The notes under the pieces: generated by a model
Seen by the model: only the letters and a program-made list of their open reading frames with translations
What the model was told of the DNA's origin: nothing
The model's database searches: none
Shown here: positions 17,570 to 27,580 of the stretch, piece after piece
How positions within the stretch are numbered: the first letter of the stretch is position 1
Layout: each line of letters begins with the position of its first letter
IMG/VR virus record: IMGVR_UViG_3300009085_000027
Coordinates: 1 to 64,000 of that record
Length of the DNA: 64,000 bases
Source of the DNA: a virus
Reading direction: 5' to 3' (one strand)
Program-made: the position numbers and the translations under genes

Positions 17570-19432
17570 CTACCTCCGCGGCGGAAGTACCTCGGGTTGT
17601 GGCCGCATGTCCACTCCAGGCTGTGGGGGCTGTTGCGGGGGTTCGGGCTGCTGTTGCTCCGGCATCACGACCTGGGCCAACTCCGGTGACTCCACCCTGA
17701 GCTGGGCCATGTAGGCCTCGCGCTGCTCCGCTGGCATGGAAGAGACCCTGCGGGCCAGGGCTGCGGCGACGCTGTCCAGTGGATAGCCCCCGACCTGGTG
17801 CAGCCTCGAGCCCTGGGCCTCGGCAAAGGGGTCTTTGGACTTCGTGGTCTCAGCTGACATGGCCTTCTGTGCCGCGCCCTGGGCCTCGGCCTGGTACTTC
17901 GCTGCAACCAACTGGGCTTCGCCCTGGATGTCGGCCTGCAAGAGTTGCTGCGACCGCATAGCCTTGGACTTCAAGTCCACTTCTCTGGCCTGGAGATCGA
18001 CCTCGTCATCGATCTTGAGGTCGGCGTAAGACAGCAACGTAGCATCAGAGATCTTACTCATCTGACTGAGCTGAGCCATGTAGGCCTGGCGCTGGAGGTC
18101 ATCAGCCATGCGGAAAGGCTTGAACCGGCCATCTGGAACAGGCCAGTTCAGGAAAGCCCCCATGCGCTTCATCACCCAGTGCAACAGACGCTTGTGGCCA
18201 TGAACATTGCTGAGGAAGAAGTTCTCTAGCATCCGCATGCTCACCGAGGTCCCAGCGTAGTTGCCGTGGCCGAAGACCAGGTCGATGGGGAACCCCATAC
18301 CGACAGCGATCTGCTCAGACATCTGCTGAATCTCTGGCATCAGGAGAAGGCTTCGACCGTTCTCACCAATGGTCTGGTGGCCCACGGGGAACGGCAGAAT
18401 CCCGATGTAGGCCGGGTCCATTCTTTGCCTAGCGATCTCGCGACGGATGTGATCACGCCAGTCAGCTAGGTTGATCGTCGTGAAAGGGTCCGCCCCAGCC
18501 GTTGCGGGTTGGGGGAACAAGAAAGTCTGTGGCACGAGGTGCTGAAGCAGGATCGCTTCCTGGGCCTTCTTCATGACCTGGACGTAGAAGGCGTCCTTCA
18601 GCACGGGCATGATCAGTGGGATACCCCAACCACGATTCATCGTGCTCAGGCTGGGCCGGCGTAGGTGGAAGACCTCGTTGCGGTCGAACACCAAGCTGCG
18701 CTTTGTAGTCACGGCTTCGAGGAACACCTCTGGTGTCGTGGCTACGAGGTCCTTCCGTCCCATCATGACCTGGCTACGAAAGTCCGGGGACAGGTCCAAG
18801 CCGTAGTCCATCCGGCCGGTGGCCTCATTGTAGAAGATGTGGACGTACTCCGGGTTCCACCGGATCATATTGATCTCGGCGTACTTCGGGTAGTAATCAT
18901 CCCGGCTCTTCGCGAAGTCGGTCTGTCCGCACTTCGGGCACGTCAGCCAGAACTTGTGATTCACGTACCGCCAGTGTGGGCGGCTCATCACGGCGTCATG
19001 CTCGGCGTTGCAGAGCGCGCAGATCACCTTCTTGCGGAATGGGAAGCTCGGGCTGACGAAGGCATTGCCGTAGACGTGAAAGTCCAGGTTGATCTCGAAC
19101 TGGTGAACCCGGTAGTTCATCACTCCGAGAAGGAGCTCCTCCCACTTGTTCACCACGCCACGATCCTTGTGCTGAAGGATTAGGTCGGTGACTGGATACT
19201 CCGATGCCTTGGTGCAGATCGCGTTGATGATGCCGTGAGTCAGGTGATAGAACCTGCAGAACCCGAACAGGGCTTTGACTGTAGGTGGGGTGTAGGTACT
19301 GGCATGGTCGAAGAAGGGGTTGGCAAAGGGCTGATACCTTCGGCCCAAGATCTGTGACCGACTCGCCGTACCCTCGAACTGTGCGGATCGTGAAGCCCCA
19401 AAGGCTGCGCCACCACCACTAAAGAACGTCAT
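17570..19432 (-). CDS. portal protein with Zn-ribbon insertion
   Basis: Portal-like INAICTKASEYP, DFHVYGNAFV, FHLRRP..GWGIPLI; CALC..CPKC insert; Q/P-rich tail. Confidence 0.75.
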   Translation of the reverse strand: MTFFSGGGAAFGASRSAQFEGTASRSQILGRRYQPFANPFFDHASTYTPPTVKALFGFCRFYHLTHGIINAICTKASEYPVTDLILQHKDRGVVNKWEELLLGVMNYRVHQFEINLDFHVYGNAFVSPSFPFRKKVICALCNAEHDAVMSRPHWRYVNHKFWLTCPKCGQTDFAKSRDDYYPKYAEINMIRWNPEYVHIFYNEATGRMDYGLDLSPDFRSQVMMGRKDLVATTPEVFLEAVTTKRSLVFDRNEVFHLRRPSLSTMNRGWGIPLIMPVLKDAFYVQVMKKAQEAILLQHLVPQTFLFPQPATAGADPFTTINLADWRDHIRREIARQRMDPAYIGILPFPVGHQTIGENGRSLLLMPEIQQMSEQIAVGMGFPIDLVFGHGNYAGTSVSMRMLENFFLSNVHGHKRLLHWVMKRMGAFLNWPVPDGRFKPFRMADDLQRQAYMAQLSQMSKISDATLLSYADLKIDDEVDLQAREVDLKSKAMRSQQLLQADIQGEAQLVAAKYQAEAQGAAQKAMSAETTKSKDPFAEAQGSRLHQVGGYPLDSVAAALARRVSSMPAEQREAYMAQLRVESPELAQVVMPEQQQPEPPQQPPQPGVDMRPQPEVLPPRR

Positions 19433-20379
19433 GGTGCCTCGACACGGCGGCGACCGCCGAGAAGACGGTTGGCTCCGTGCTCAAAAGCCATGGACGACGC
19501 TATTTGTGGGATCACGGGTAGGCCGCTGGTGAGGGCACCCGCAGTAACACCGCTTCCCAGACCCACGAGCTTCTGCCTCATGCTGCGCCCGCCAGTAGCG
19601 GACTCGTCCCCACGGGCCAGGTCAGGGACTGACATAGCCACAGGAAGGCCGACGCCCAGCATAGCCCCGGTGCGTCCACCACTCATGATCTCACTACCCA
19701 TGGCGCGTAGAGTACGCCCTGGAGCCGTGGTGAGTCCACGGGCAACGCCAGGGACGCTCGTGATTCCGGCGGCGAGTGCAGCGTCGCCGTGCTGACCCGC
19801 AGACCTAGCGCTTGCGATCTGAGCCTCCAGGCTACTAGCTGCCGCTGGTGTCATGGTTTTGCTGGCCGCACGACGGCGAAGGAGGTCGATCTCCTTTTCA
19901 GCCGTAGCGGAGCTGCGCAACCCGATGTCTCCGGCACGGTCTGCATAAGCCCCGGTGAGTCCGTGAAGCTGCCGGGCACCAAAGTTCTTCACACTCCGGC
20001 CAATACTCTTGGCCGTAGCGCCTATGGCCTGCCCACCACTGAGGCTGGGATCTAGGAGTCGAGTGTCTTGATACCGTCTGCCCAGAAGACCGGCGCCTCC
20101 GCCGATAGCAGCCCCCCGAAGACCACCGCGAAGAGCCGCAGAGCTACCACTCTCACCTTCACCTCTCGTGGCGTAGCCATGAGCGGCGCCGACACCAGCG
20201 CCGAGTAAGGCAGTCCTGGTCGGGGATTCCGCTATGCTACGACCCAGGTTGCGGCCCAGGCCCATGAGACTCCCCGTAATGGGTGCTTGTCTAACCCCTT
20301 GGAGGGCACGGGACAGCACCCCAGTAGCCGCAGACTCCTTGATGATCTGACCCGCCACACGAAGGCTTGCTGTATCCAT
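19429..20379 (-). CDS. Gly/Ala-rich putative virion membrane-interacting protein
   Basis: Gly-zipper hydrophobic segments; N-terminal IKESAAT. Confidence 0.6.
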   Translation of the reverse strand: MDTASLRVAGQIIKESAATGVLSRALQGVRQAPITGSLMGLGRNLGRSIAESPTRTALLGAGVGAAHGYATRGEGESGSSAALRGGLRGAAIGGGAGLLGRRYQDTRLLDPSLSGGQAIGATAKSIGRSVKNFGARQLHGLTGAYADRAGDIGLRSSATAEKEIDLLRRRAASKTMTPAAASSLEAQIASARSAGQHGDAALAAGITSVPGVARGLTTAPGRTLRAMGSEIMSGGRTGAMLGVGLPVAMSVPDLARGDESATGGRSMRQKLVGLGSGVTAGALTSGLPVIPQIASSMAFEHGANRLLGGRRRVEAP

Positions 20380-21296
20380 TAGCGCCCACCGATCATCCTG
20401 AGCTGCTGAACCAGTCTTGCCCGGATATCACGAGCATAATCCCACTCAATCAACAGATTGTACACCGCATTTCCCGCCGTGGTGTCGGGAAGACCGTCAA
20501 GGGCTTGGGCCAACGGCTTCTTCACCACGGATTTCCACAACCCCTCGGTCTCATCGCGCAAGGCACTGAACTCGTAGGGCAGGCGCTTCAAGTCCTTGGA
20601 GCCGCAGGTGATGCACTTGACGTCGTTGTCATCGCGGTGGACGGCGTGGCACGACGCACACTCAATCTGATTGCCCTCGAGCTCGCGCCTCGCGAACTCC
20701 AATGGCTCAGGGACGAAGGCGTAGCCCTCGGTGCGGAACACAGCGGCTACGAACTTGTCGACATCGAGGCCTGTGGTCCGCTTAGGATCAACGGCCTTCA
20801 TGATGTTCACACCGCTGACGAGATGGCCGATCTCGGGCTTCTCGAAATACGTGAAGTTCGGGGGCATCCCACTCAGGGCTCTGCACACCCAGTGGAATAC
20901 CTCCCACCGCCGCCATGGAGATGGCGACTGCAGAAGGGTGCGAGTGGCCAGGATCTTGGTCCACGACGCATTGGATACCACTAGGCCGTCGCGCTGCAGG
21001 GTGAGCTTCAGTACATCGGGGTGCCATTCCGTGTAGGGCTCGCCGTAGCGGTCGAGGAGAAGGAGGCCAAGAACCAGTGGATGTGCGTCGGGGTGCCTCC
21101 AGATGTTGGAGGCGTTCAGCGAACCCTGCTCGACTCCTGCGGTCTTGACGTCGCCATCCAGGGTAGACGTGATGGCCGAGACAAGACCATGGACAGACAC
21201 TTCCGGAGACTCCACGGGTTCAGCGTGGGTCTCCGGTTCGTGGTCCGCAGATCTCTGGCCCTGTGGCCAGGACCTGTACTGAGAGGGGTCAAGCAA
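20379..21296 (-). CDS. hypothetical Zn-ribbon protein, head module
   Basis: CASC..CITC; VKTAG after an acidic N-terminus. Confidence 0.65.
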   Translation of the reverse strand: MLDPSQYRSWPQGQRSADHEPETHAEPVESPEVSVHGLVSAITSTLDGDVKTAGVEQGSLNASNIWRHPDAHPLVLGLLLLDRYGEPYTEWHPDVLKLTLQRDGLVVSNASWTKILATRTLLQSPSPWRRWEVFHWVCRALSGMPPNFTYFEKPEIGHLVSGVNIMKAVDPKRTTGLDVDKFVAAVFRTEGYAFVPEPLEFARRELEGNQIECASCHAVHRDDNDVKCITCGSKDLKRLPYEFSALRDETEGLWKSVVKKPLAQALDGLPDTTAGNAVYNLLIEWDYARDIRARLVQQLRMIGGR

Positions 21297-21309
21297 GGTC
21301 TTATCCGGC

Positions 21310-22365
21310 TCACTCCGCGATGTAGACCAGGATGTAGGACCTCACCCCATCCGGAGCTGTGTTCGGGGTGTAGCTGCCGTTGGGCAACGCCGAGGCCGCA
21401 TCCGCCACCGTGCCAGCCGTGGGCACAGTCCACGCCGTATCGTCGTCGGCACGGGAGAGTTCGCGGATTGCTACCGCAGCAATCGCGCCGTCCTCCTTGA
21501 GCTTGGGCAGACCCACGCTGGCCGTGATGTACCCGACAGTGGCGGTTCCACCGGCGCTGCTCATCGCAGGCTGCTGGATCCGTGTCACGCGCTTGAAGAA
21601 CTTGGAGCCGTTCACCGTGGCCCCGCTGCTCACAGCGAAGGTCTCGGAGATGTCCGCATCGTTCTCGTCAACACCACTGATCGTGAGGTTGCCACCAGAC
21701 CAGCTGGCGTGAACCGCGAACACAACGGTCATGGCCCGAGCCACCGACATCTCGCGGTTACCCACGCGGTCTCGGTTGAACTCGGAATCGACGTTGAGGT
21801 CCACAGCCGAGGTCGCAGCGACCAAGCTCGCGATCGAAGCGGCATCCGCGGCCACACCAACAGCGACAGTGGCATCCACACCGCCCTGAGCGGGGAACGC
21901 CACTGAGGTGACCTCGCTGAAGTAGAGCGTGCCGGTGGTAGTTCCGGCGCCGGCGCCGCACGTGACGGTTTCGGTCTGGGCCGCACCACCAGCGTCCTCT
22001 CCAACCACCACCACGGCTCCGCCGGTGAAATGGGCGGGGGTGGTGCCAGCCGCGGTGATGGTCACACGCTTCGGTGACCGGATCAGGGCGGGTCCCGTGC
22101 TGGGAGCCAGCGCACCGGTCAGGGTAGCGCCGGTGAACGTCACTGGGGACGCTGCCGTCGCAGTGGCGACGACAATGCCATCGGCGTCGATAGCGGTCGT
22201 AGGCACCGCCCCGGTCTTGAAGGCATACGGCGCGACAGCCTCCATAGCCTCGAACCCATGATCCACGTCCTGGCGAAGATCATAGATCTCACCGGACAGA
22301 CCACCACCCGGCCTGACAAGATGCTGAAGAACCGCCTTCGCGCTTCCAAATGCCTTAGAACTCAT
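21310..22365 (-). CDS. putative virion decoration protein with tandem beta domains
   Basis: A/T/G/V-rich; internal duplication (G.D..G..qtET....G...F..VT twice). Confidence 0.6.
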   Translation of the reverse strand: MSSKAFGSAKAVLQHLVRPGGGLSGEIYDLRQDVDHGFEAMEAVAPYAFKTGAVPTTAIDADGIVVATATAASPVTFTGATLTGALAPSTGPALIRSPKRVTITAAGTTPAHFTGGAVVVVGEDAGGAAQTETVTCGAGAGTTTGTLYFSEVTSVAFPAQGGVDATVAVGVAADAASIASLVAATSAVDLNVDSEFNRDRVGNREMSVARAMTVVFAVHASWSGGNLTISGVDENDADISETFAVSSGATVNGSKFFKRVTRIQQPAMSSAGGTATVGYITASVGLPKLKEDGAIAAVAIRELSRADDDTAWTVPTAGTVADAASALPNGSYTPNTAPDGVRSYILVYIAE

Positions 22366-22392
22366 GTGTCTTTCTCCTCAGTTTCGGTTGAC

Positions 22393-23955
22393 TTACACCA
22401 CAGATGCCGCGAGACGGGACAGTACCACTTTTTGGGGGTCCGGCATGGACTTGAAGATCCCCACGGGGTCATTTTGGAATGACGTGGCGAACCCCTTGCC
22501 GAAAGTTTCGTCGAGCTTGGTGTAGCCATTCTCGGCGAGACTCTTGAGTTGTAGACCACTGACGTAGTCCGACCCCGAAGACCAGGAATAGGTTTCGTCC
22601 TTCTCGGACTTGGACATTGCAGACGCCAACTTACGCGATCCGTACACCGCGCGATAGGGGTCAAGGAAACCCACAGAGGGTCGACCGTAGCTGGAATCCG
22701 CCCCGGTGTCTGCATCTGCGGACTTCAACATCTCCACCATGACGATCGCTGGAGTCCTGTGGAGCTCTTCGAGGAGGACGGTGTAGGACGCCTCCTTCTC
22801 CGTGCCCTCAAAGGATCGAATCCTGGCGATGAGCTCGGCCTCGATGAATGGGCCATAGTCGTCCCCGGCGTAGTCCAGTGCAGACCCGCTGACCTTGAGC
22901 CCAAAGTCATCAGCGCGCCGAACTAGGCTCTGGGCGAAGGCCCGGCGGTCGTCGAGATCGAATCCGTTGACATGCTCGTTGAAGTAGGCCTCGGCGATCT
23001 TGACCTGGTCAGGAGTGTCCAAGGCATAGCGGCTCTGTTGGGGCAGAGCGAACCGGGTAGCAGTGGCCACCTTCCGGATACTCGTGGGGCTGTCTTCCAT
23101 AGTCAGGTCCTCAGAAGATAGCCAACCCTCCTCGATGAGGCTGTACGCCAGCTTGGCGGCTGAGGTCTTCGCCGGAATGGCGATCCGGTTGTTGGGCGAC
23201 GGCTTGGGGTTATGCCCTTGGATGTTCCCGCTGGTCGGCATCACCTCGGTGCCGTTGAGGTCGGCACGCTTCGACCCTGGCATGCCGTACCTGGGGTCTG
23301 GCTGGTCCTTCTTCGTCAGCGCCTTGTCGATGTTTCTGCGCGTCTTGCCGGGCTCAGAGAAGTCGGAGAGTGGTCCAAAGATGTGACCCGCGTCGGGGCC
23401 CTCACCGCGCTGCAGTGCGGCATCCTGGTCCGGGCTCAGCCGGATCTCACGACCACCGACCTTGGCACCCGATGCCTGGGCCTCACGTAGGGCGTCCATG
23501 TTCTTGCGCGCACTGGCCGACCCCGAGCGGGCCTTGTCCGCCATGTCCATGGCCCCGAAACCGACAGTGGCAGCACCCATCACGCGGCCTAGAACAGCTC
23601 GCTTCACCAGGGGCTCCGGGGGATCCAAGTCGTACCAGGCACAGGCGTTGATCAGGTTGGCGGCCACCTTCTCCTGGGTCTTCTGTGGCAGAAGTCCGCC
23701 GCACTCCAGGAAATAGATGATCGATGTCGTGAGGTGGGACTCATCGTGCATTGCGTACTTCCGCAAGATCTCGCCGTGGTTCTCTGCGACAAGGGCAAAC
23801 AGCCTGTCTGGGATACGGTCGAGGTCCTCGACATCCAGGAGCTGAGAGGACGCCAGCTTCGGCGGGATCCCAATCCCGGTGGCGGCTACCTTCTGCCTCA
23901 AGACGACGCCCTTGGGGTCGTCGTAGATGTCGAGCACGATTCCGGCGATACGCAT
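22393..23955 (-). CDS. putative head-associated protein with many K-x-A motifs
   Basis: 520 aa; KVAA, KLAS, KVAA, KRAV, KRAD, KLAY, KVAT, KIAE, KEAS, KSAD, KLAS. Confidence 0.65.
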   Translation of the reverse strand: MRIAGIVLDIYDDPKGVVLRQKVAATGIGIPPKLASSQLLDVEDLDRIPDRLFALVAENHGEILRKYAMHDESHLTTSIIYFLECGGLLPQKTQEKVAANLINACAWYDLDPPEPLVKRAVLGRVMGAATVGFGAMDMADKARSGSASARKNMDALREAQASGAKVGGREIRLSPDQDAALQRGEGPDAGHIFGPLSDFSEPGKTRRNIDKALTKKDQPDPRYGMPGSKRADLNGTEVMPTSGNIQGHNPKPSPNNRIAIPAKTSAAKLAYSLIEEGWLSSEDLTMEDSPTSIRKVATATRFALPQQSRYALDTPDQVKIAEAYFNEHVNGFDLDDRRAFAQSLVRRADDFGLKVSGSALDYAGDDYGPFIEAELIARIRSFEGTEKEASYTVLLEELHRTPAIVMVEMLKSADADTGADSSYGRPSVGFLDPYRAVYGSRKLASAMSKSEKDETYSWSSGSDYVSGLQLKSLAENGYTKLDETFGKGFATSFQNDPVGIFKSMPDPQKVVLSRLAASVV

Positions 23956-23992
23956 GACTCAAATCGTACTTCGCTGTGGGGAGTTGGGTCAA
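23956..23992 (-). promoter_or_regulatory. sigma70-type leaderless promoter of the portal/head operon
   Basis: TTGACC (23992-23987), 18 nt, TACGAT (23968-23963), 7 nt, ATG. Confidence 0.7.
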
Positions 23993-23997
23993 ACCTA

Positions 23998-24014
23998 CTA
24001 TCAGTGTGTGGAGG
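23998..24014 (+). promoter_or_regulatory. CTATCAG-N5-GGAGG motif at start of replication operon
   Basis: Matches 13195 and 40649. Confidence 0.45.
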
Positions 24015-24021
24015 ACATTGA

Positions 24022-24639
24022 ATGCTCACGGATGCGCGCAGTCTGGTTCGAGGACAGCAAAAGGATAGCCCAATCCAGGGCAAACAAAAAAACTGCAACA
24101 CATGGGGGGAATACGAACCCGCCGGGACCTCCCCCACGGCAAAGCTCTGTAACGGTGGTAGCTTCGAGGGGGAGTTCTTCGAACCCTGCCCGGCTCGAGA
24201 AGAGTGTCGGTCCAGGACCCGACAAAGGGCGGCGTCCCAGGACCGAGTTGAGGTCAGGACTTCTCAGGAGAGACCTTTCGGGTCAAGTCTGTTGTACCCA
24301 GGTGATCAACCCCTCACCCGGCGGGAGGAACCATACCGGTGGAGTCCCGATAGGGTTCCTACGTCAGCCCCAACCCGCCCGATCCCTGCTGTCCAGCCCA
24401 TCTCTCTCCAGCCCACTGCTGTAATCCCACCAGACACCAACCCAGTCGCCATGCAGACGCCCTATGCGTCCCCTATGGCAGCAAACCCGGCTGGGAACGT
24501 GTCCCCCACTTTCTTGCCCGTAGCGGACGAGAATGTTTGGTCCCGCCTGGGACGAAACATCACCCAGGGCTGGCTGAACTCCACGGGCTGGCATGCGTTT
24601 GACTTCACCCGGAACGTCGACCTATTTAGGCGGCGATGA
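24022..24639 (+). CDS. hypothetical protein (4-Cys N-terminal domain, Pro-rich linker)
   Basis: GGAGG SD; ATGA overlap with the helicase gene. Confidence 0.7.
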   Translation: MLTDARSLVRGQQKDSPIQGKQKNCNTWGEYEPAGTSPTAKLCNGGSFEGEFFEPCPAREECRSRTRQRAASQDRVEVRTSQERPFGSSLLYPGDQPLTRREEPYRWSPDRVPTSAPTRPIPAVQPISLQPTAVIPPDTNPVAMQTPYASPMAANPAGNVSPTFLPVADENVWSRLGRNITQGWLNSTGWHAFDFTRNVDLFRRR

Positions 24640-26051
24640 AACTCATTAGACGTGATCCCACAGCTGGGTACTTAGACTCCTGGCTGTGGCTCCCTAAGAT
24701 GCACGTCAGCGACACCCAGGTACGATCAGCATTCAACTACTTCGACCCCAGGTCCAATCAAGTTATTGAGGCCTGGGGCGAAGAGCCCCACCACTACCGG
24801 GTGCCGCGTAACTACCTGGGCAGCGACACACTGGGAACACTTCCATTCCCGATCTACGACACCAGGCCGAAGACCTTTCCTTCGGTGAAGTTCACCAGTC
24901 AGGTGGTCCTGGACGCCAAGGAGCCGTCCAAGAACTACCAGGCTGAGGGCAGTGCTGCGCTACTCAACACCTACGATGGCATCCTTTGCCTACGCTGCGG
25001 CGCTGGGAAGACCGCAGTAGCCCTTCACAGTGCGGCCCAGCTTGGTGTCCCGATCCTCGTAGTGGTCTCTGACAAAGGCCTGGCTCAACAGTGGATGGAG
25101 GAGATCGAGAAGCACCTGGGTGTCCCCAAAGACAAGATCGGTAGAATCGGTGGGGACGGATCTCTGTTCGACTGGGAACACCCAATCACAGTTGGGTTGG
25201 TCCAAACACTCGCCAAGCGCGTGGCTGACAACAAGCTGCCCTCCAAGATGCCACACCACTTCGGGGTGGTGATATTCGACGAGGCTCACACCATGGGCGC
25301 CCCGTACTTCAACACCTCGGCTCCTCCGTTCCACGGCAGGCGCTGGGGGCTCTCGGCGACCCCAGCCCGGGAAGACGGGTTCGACACACTACTACGCCAT
25401 ACCTTGGGCCCAGTGATCTACAGCTATCTGCAGCCAGATCTCAAGCCCACTGTGTTTTTTCGCCAGTTGCCAACTCGACTCGACCTGTCCAACCCCGTGG
25501 TCAAGAAAGCCACACACGACATGGGCGGTGCCTTCCACTTCGGCATGACCTTTGGCCACTTGGCCAGAGGAGTTCCGGAGCGGACGAAGCTCATAGCGAA
25601 AGAGATCGAGGGTGCTTTGTCGACGGGCAGGCAGGTCCTAGTCCTGACGCACAGCCTTGAGATGACTGAAGCCTTGGGGGCTCATTTCCCCAAGGCCGGG
25701 GTGGTCCACGGCAAGGTTCGCGAAGCCGAACGGTTTCGTCGTATCAGAGAGTGCAACCCAGTCATCGCCATCATGCAGCTGGGCAAGCAGGCGTTGGACA
25801 AGCCCAGCCTCGACACCTTGTTCATCTGTGATCCTTTCACGAAGCGAGGGGTTCTGCAGCAGACCATGGGACGGATCCTTCGTAACTTCGCGGGGAAGAA
25901 AAAACCAGTTGTGGTTTTCTTCGAGGACATCCATATCAAGCCGCTATCCAAGATGTGCGGGAAGCTACGTTTCAGGCTCAACCGCTGGCCTGACCACAAG
26001 GGTGGAGCCATCCCGTACAAGATCATCACGCCACGAAAAGAGGAACCATGA
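24636..26051 (+). CDS. superfamily 2 DNA helicase (UvsW/ResIII-like)
   Basis: CGAGKT, DEAH, SAT, QTMGRILR. Confidence 0.9.
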   Translation: MKLIRRDPTAGYLDSWLWLPKMHVSDTQVRSAFNYFDPRSNQVIEAWGEEPHHYRVPRNYLGSDTLGTLPFPIYDTRPKTFPSVKFTSQVVLDAKEPSKNYQAEGSAALLNTYDGILCLRCGAGKTAVALHSAAQLGVPILVVVSDKGLAQQWMEEIEKHLGVPKDKIGRIGGDGSLFDWEHPITVGLVQTLAKRVADNKLPSKMPHHFGVVIFDEAHTMGAPYFNTSAPPFHGRRWGLSATPAREDGFDTLLRHTLGPVIYSYLQPDLKPTVFFRQLPTRLDLSNPVVKKATHDMGGAFHFGMTFGHLARGVPERTKLIAKEIEGALSTGRQVLVLTHSLEMTEALGAHFPKAGVVHGKVREAERFRRIRECNPVIAIMQLGKQALDKPSLDTLFICDPFTKRGVLQQTMGRILRNFAGKKKPVVVFFEDIHIKPLSKMCGKLRFRLNRWPDHKGGAIPYKIITPRKEEP

Positions 26052-26488
26052 AGATCACCGAGCTGAACGTCACTGTTGACCACGAAACACCGTCCTCGAC
26101 ATGGATGGACCGTCTTGTCCTGGTGTCTACGCTACCGTCCCGTCTTGTCGGTTTGGTGGAGGGGGGTGTGAACCACTCCAACGGCTTCATGATGTACGCA
26201 GTCACTCTGTACCTCTGCAACCTCCAGGCACAGATCGACCAGAAGACCGGAGCAACGCGCCTCACCGCGATGCCACATGGTTTGGCGCCCTACGACGGTG
26301 CCTGGATCCTTCCGCGCATCTGGGTGGCTCGGTGTGAGAACGTCGTTCACATCCGAGATCTCCCGGAGAAGGACCAGGAATGGTTCCGGTCCCAGTACGT
26401 CAGCGTCGTTGCCGGCCCCTCCATGATCGTGCCGGCCACTGAGGTCACCACCCCATCTGGACTCCAGTTGGTGCCCAGCAGTCGTTAG
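26048..26488 (+). CDS. hypothetical protein
   Basis: SD GAGGA, ATGA coupling. Confidence 0.65.
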   Translation: MKITELNVTVDHETPSSTWMDRLVLVSTLPSRLVGLVEGGVNHSNGFMMYAVTLYLCNLQAQIDQKTGATRLTAMPHGLAPYDGAWILPRIWVARCENVVHIRDLPEKDQEWFRSQYVSVVAGPSMIVPATEVTTPSGLQLVPSSR

Positions 26489-26489
26489 T

Positions 26490-27173
26490 ATGGACCACCG
26501 CAAAGAACTGCGGGTCATCAAAGAGAACTGGAATGGCTGCTCACGTTGTGGACTCTACGAGTTCCGCAGCGTGAGCTGTCCTGTTGTCGGTGTAGGAACC
26601 GCCGACGCAGACTACCTGTTCGTCTTAGAGGCCCCGACGAAGCAAGACATGAAGGCTGGGAAGCCGCTCAGCGGAGAAGACGGCGACGTCTTCCGCCGAC
26701 TTCTCGAAGGCAGTGAGATCCCCATGAAGTCTGTCTACACCACCACAGTGGTGGGGTGTCAGCCCTTCGTGGTTCTCCCCGCCACTGAAGACGCACCGGC
26801 TCGTTCACAAGACCGGCTACCCAACGCTGAAGAGGTAGACGCCTGCAAAGAACGAATCCGACAAATCATCTACGCCGTGGACCCCAGGGTCATCATCGCT
26901 ATGGGCAACAACGCCTGGAAGTCCTTGGTGCCTACCAAGGGTCGTGGGCGAATCAACACAGTAGCCGAAGCCGCGGGCAACATGTACGAGACCGAGATCC
27001 CCGGCCGGTTTCCTGGCGGTAGGATGCTCCGATACCCCGTACTGGCGACACTCAGCTTGGAGCAAGTGATGTCCAACCCCAGCGTTGCTGAGCACGCCCC
27101 GATCACCTCCACCATGGAGGCGTTACTACGACTACACAAATACACAACCTGGTTGAAGAAAGCAGAAGCATGA
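26490..27173 (+). CDS. uracil-DNA glycosylase family 4-like protein, degenerate active site
   Basis: CSRC and GCQP/AC Fe-S ligands, LEAP, PRVIIAMGNNA; lacks the Asn and HP motifs. Confidence 0.8.
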   Translation: MDHRKELRVIKENWNGCSRCGLYEFRSVSCPVVGVGTADADYLFVLEAPTKQDMKAGKPLSGEDGDVFRRLLEGSEIPMKSVYTTTVVGCQPFVVLPATEDAPARSQDRLPNAEEVDACKERIRQIIYAVDPRVIIAMGNNAWKSLVPTKGRGRINTVAEAAGNMYETEIPGRFPGGRMLRYPVLATLSLEQVMSNPSVAEHAPITSTMEALLRLHKYTTWLKKAEA

Positions 27174-27580
27174 GTCGCGCCATCCCCCTTGCAGCACAAG
27201 CCGCCCTGTCCAAGTTCGAGTCAGCACGAGAGACTCTGAACTCGTACTCCCAGCGCAACGCAAAGATCATCAGAGACTACGATATGCTGAGACAGGCCCA
27301 CAACGAGGCCTTGAAGCATATGAAGAGCGTCTACAAGGAGCACTACAACCTCATCGGTGAGAGCTTCGGAGACTTCAGGGCTCAGCCCAGGAGGGAGCTC
27401 GACGTCGACAAACTCATGATGCTGCTTGGCACAGCAGCCGACGCCGTGACGAAGGTTGACTACAAGATCGATCGTGAGGCGTACAACACGGCCGTGAAGT
27501 CTGGTCTGATCCCAGCCAGCGTTGTGCAAGCCGTTGAGATCGAGGCCCAGCCAGCCATCTATGGCCCGAAAGAGGTGTGA
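27170..27580 (+). CDS. hypothetical coiled-coil protein
   Basis: Translationally coupled ORF. Confidence 0.65.
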   Translation: MSRAIPLAAQAALSKFESARETLNSYSQRNAKIIRDYDMLRQAHNEALKHMKSVYKEHYNLIGESFGDFRAQPRRELDVDKLMMLLGTAADAVTKVDYKIDREAYNTAVKSGLIPASVVQAVEIEAQPAIYGPKEV

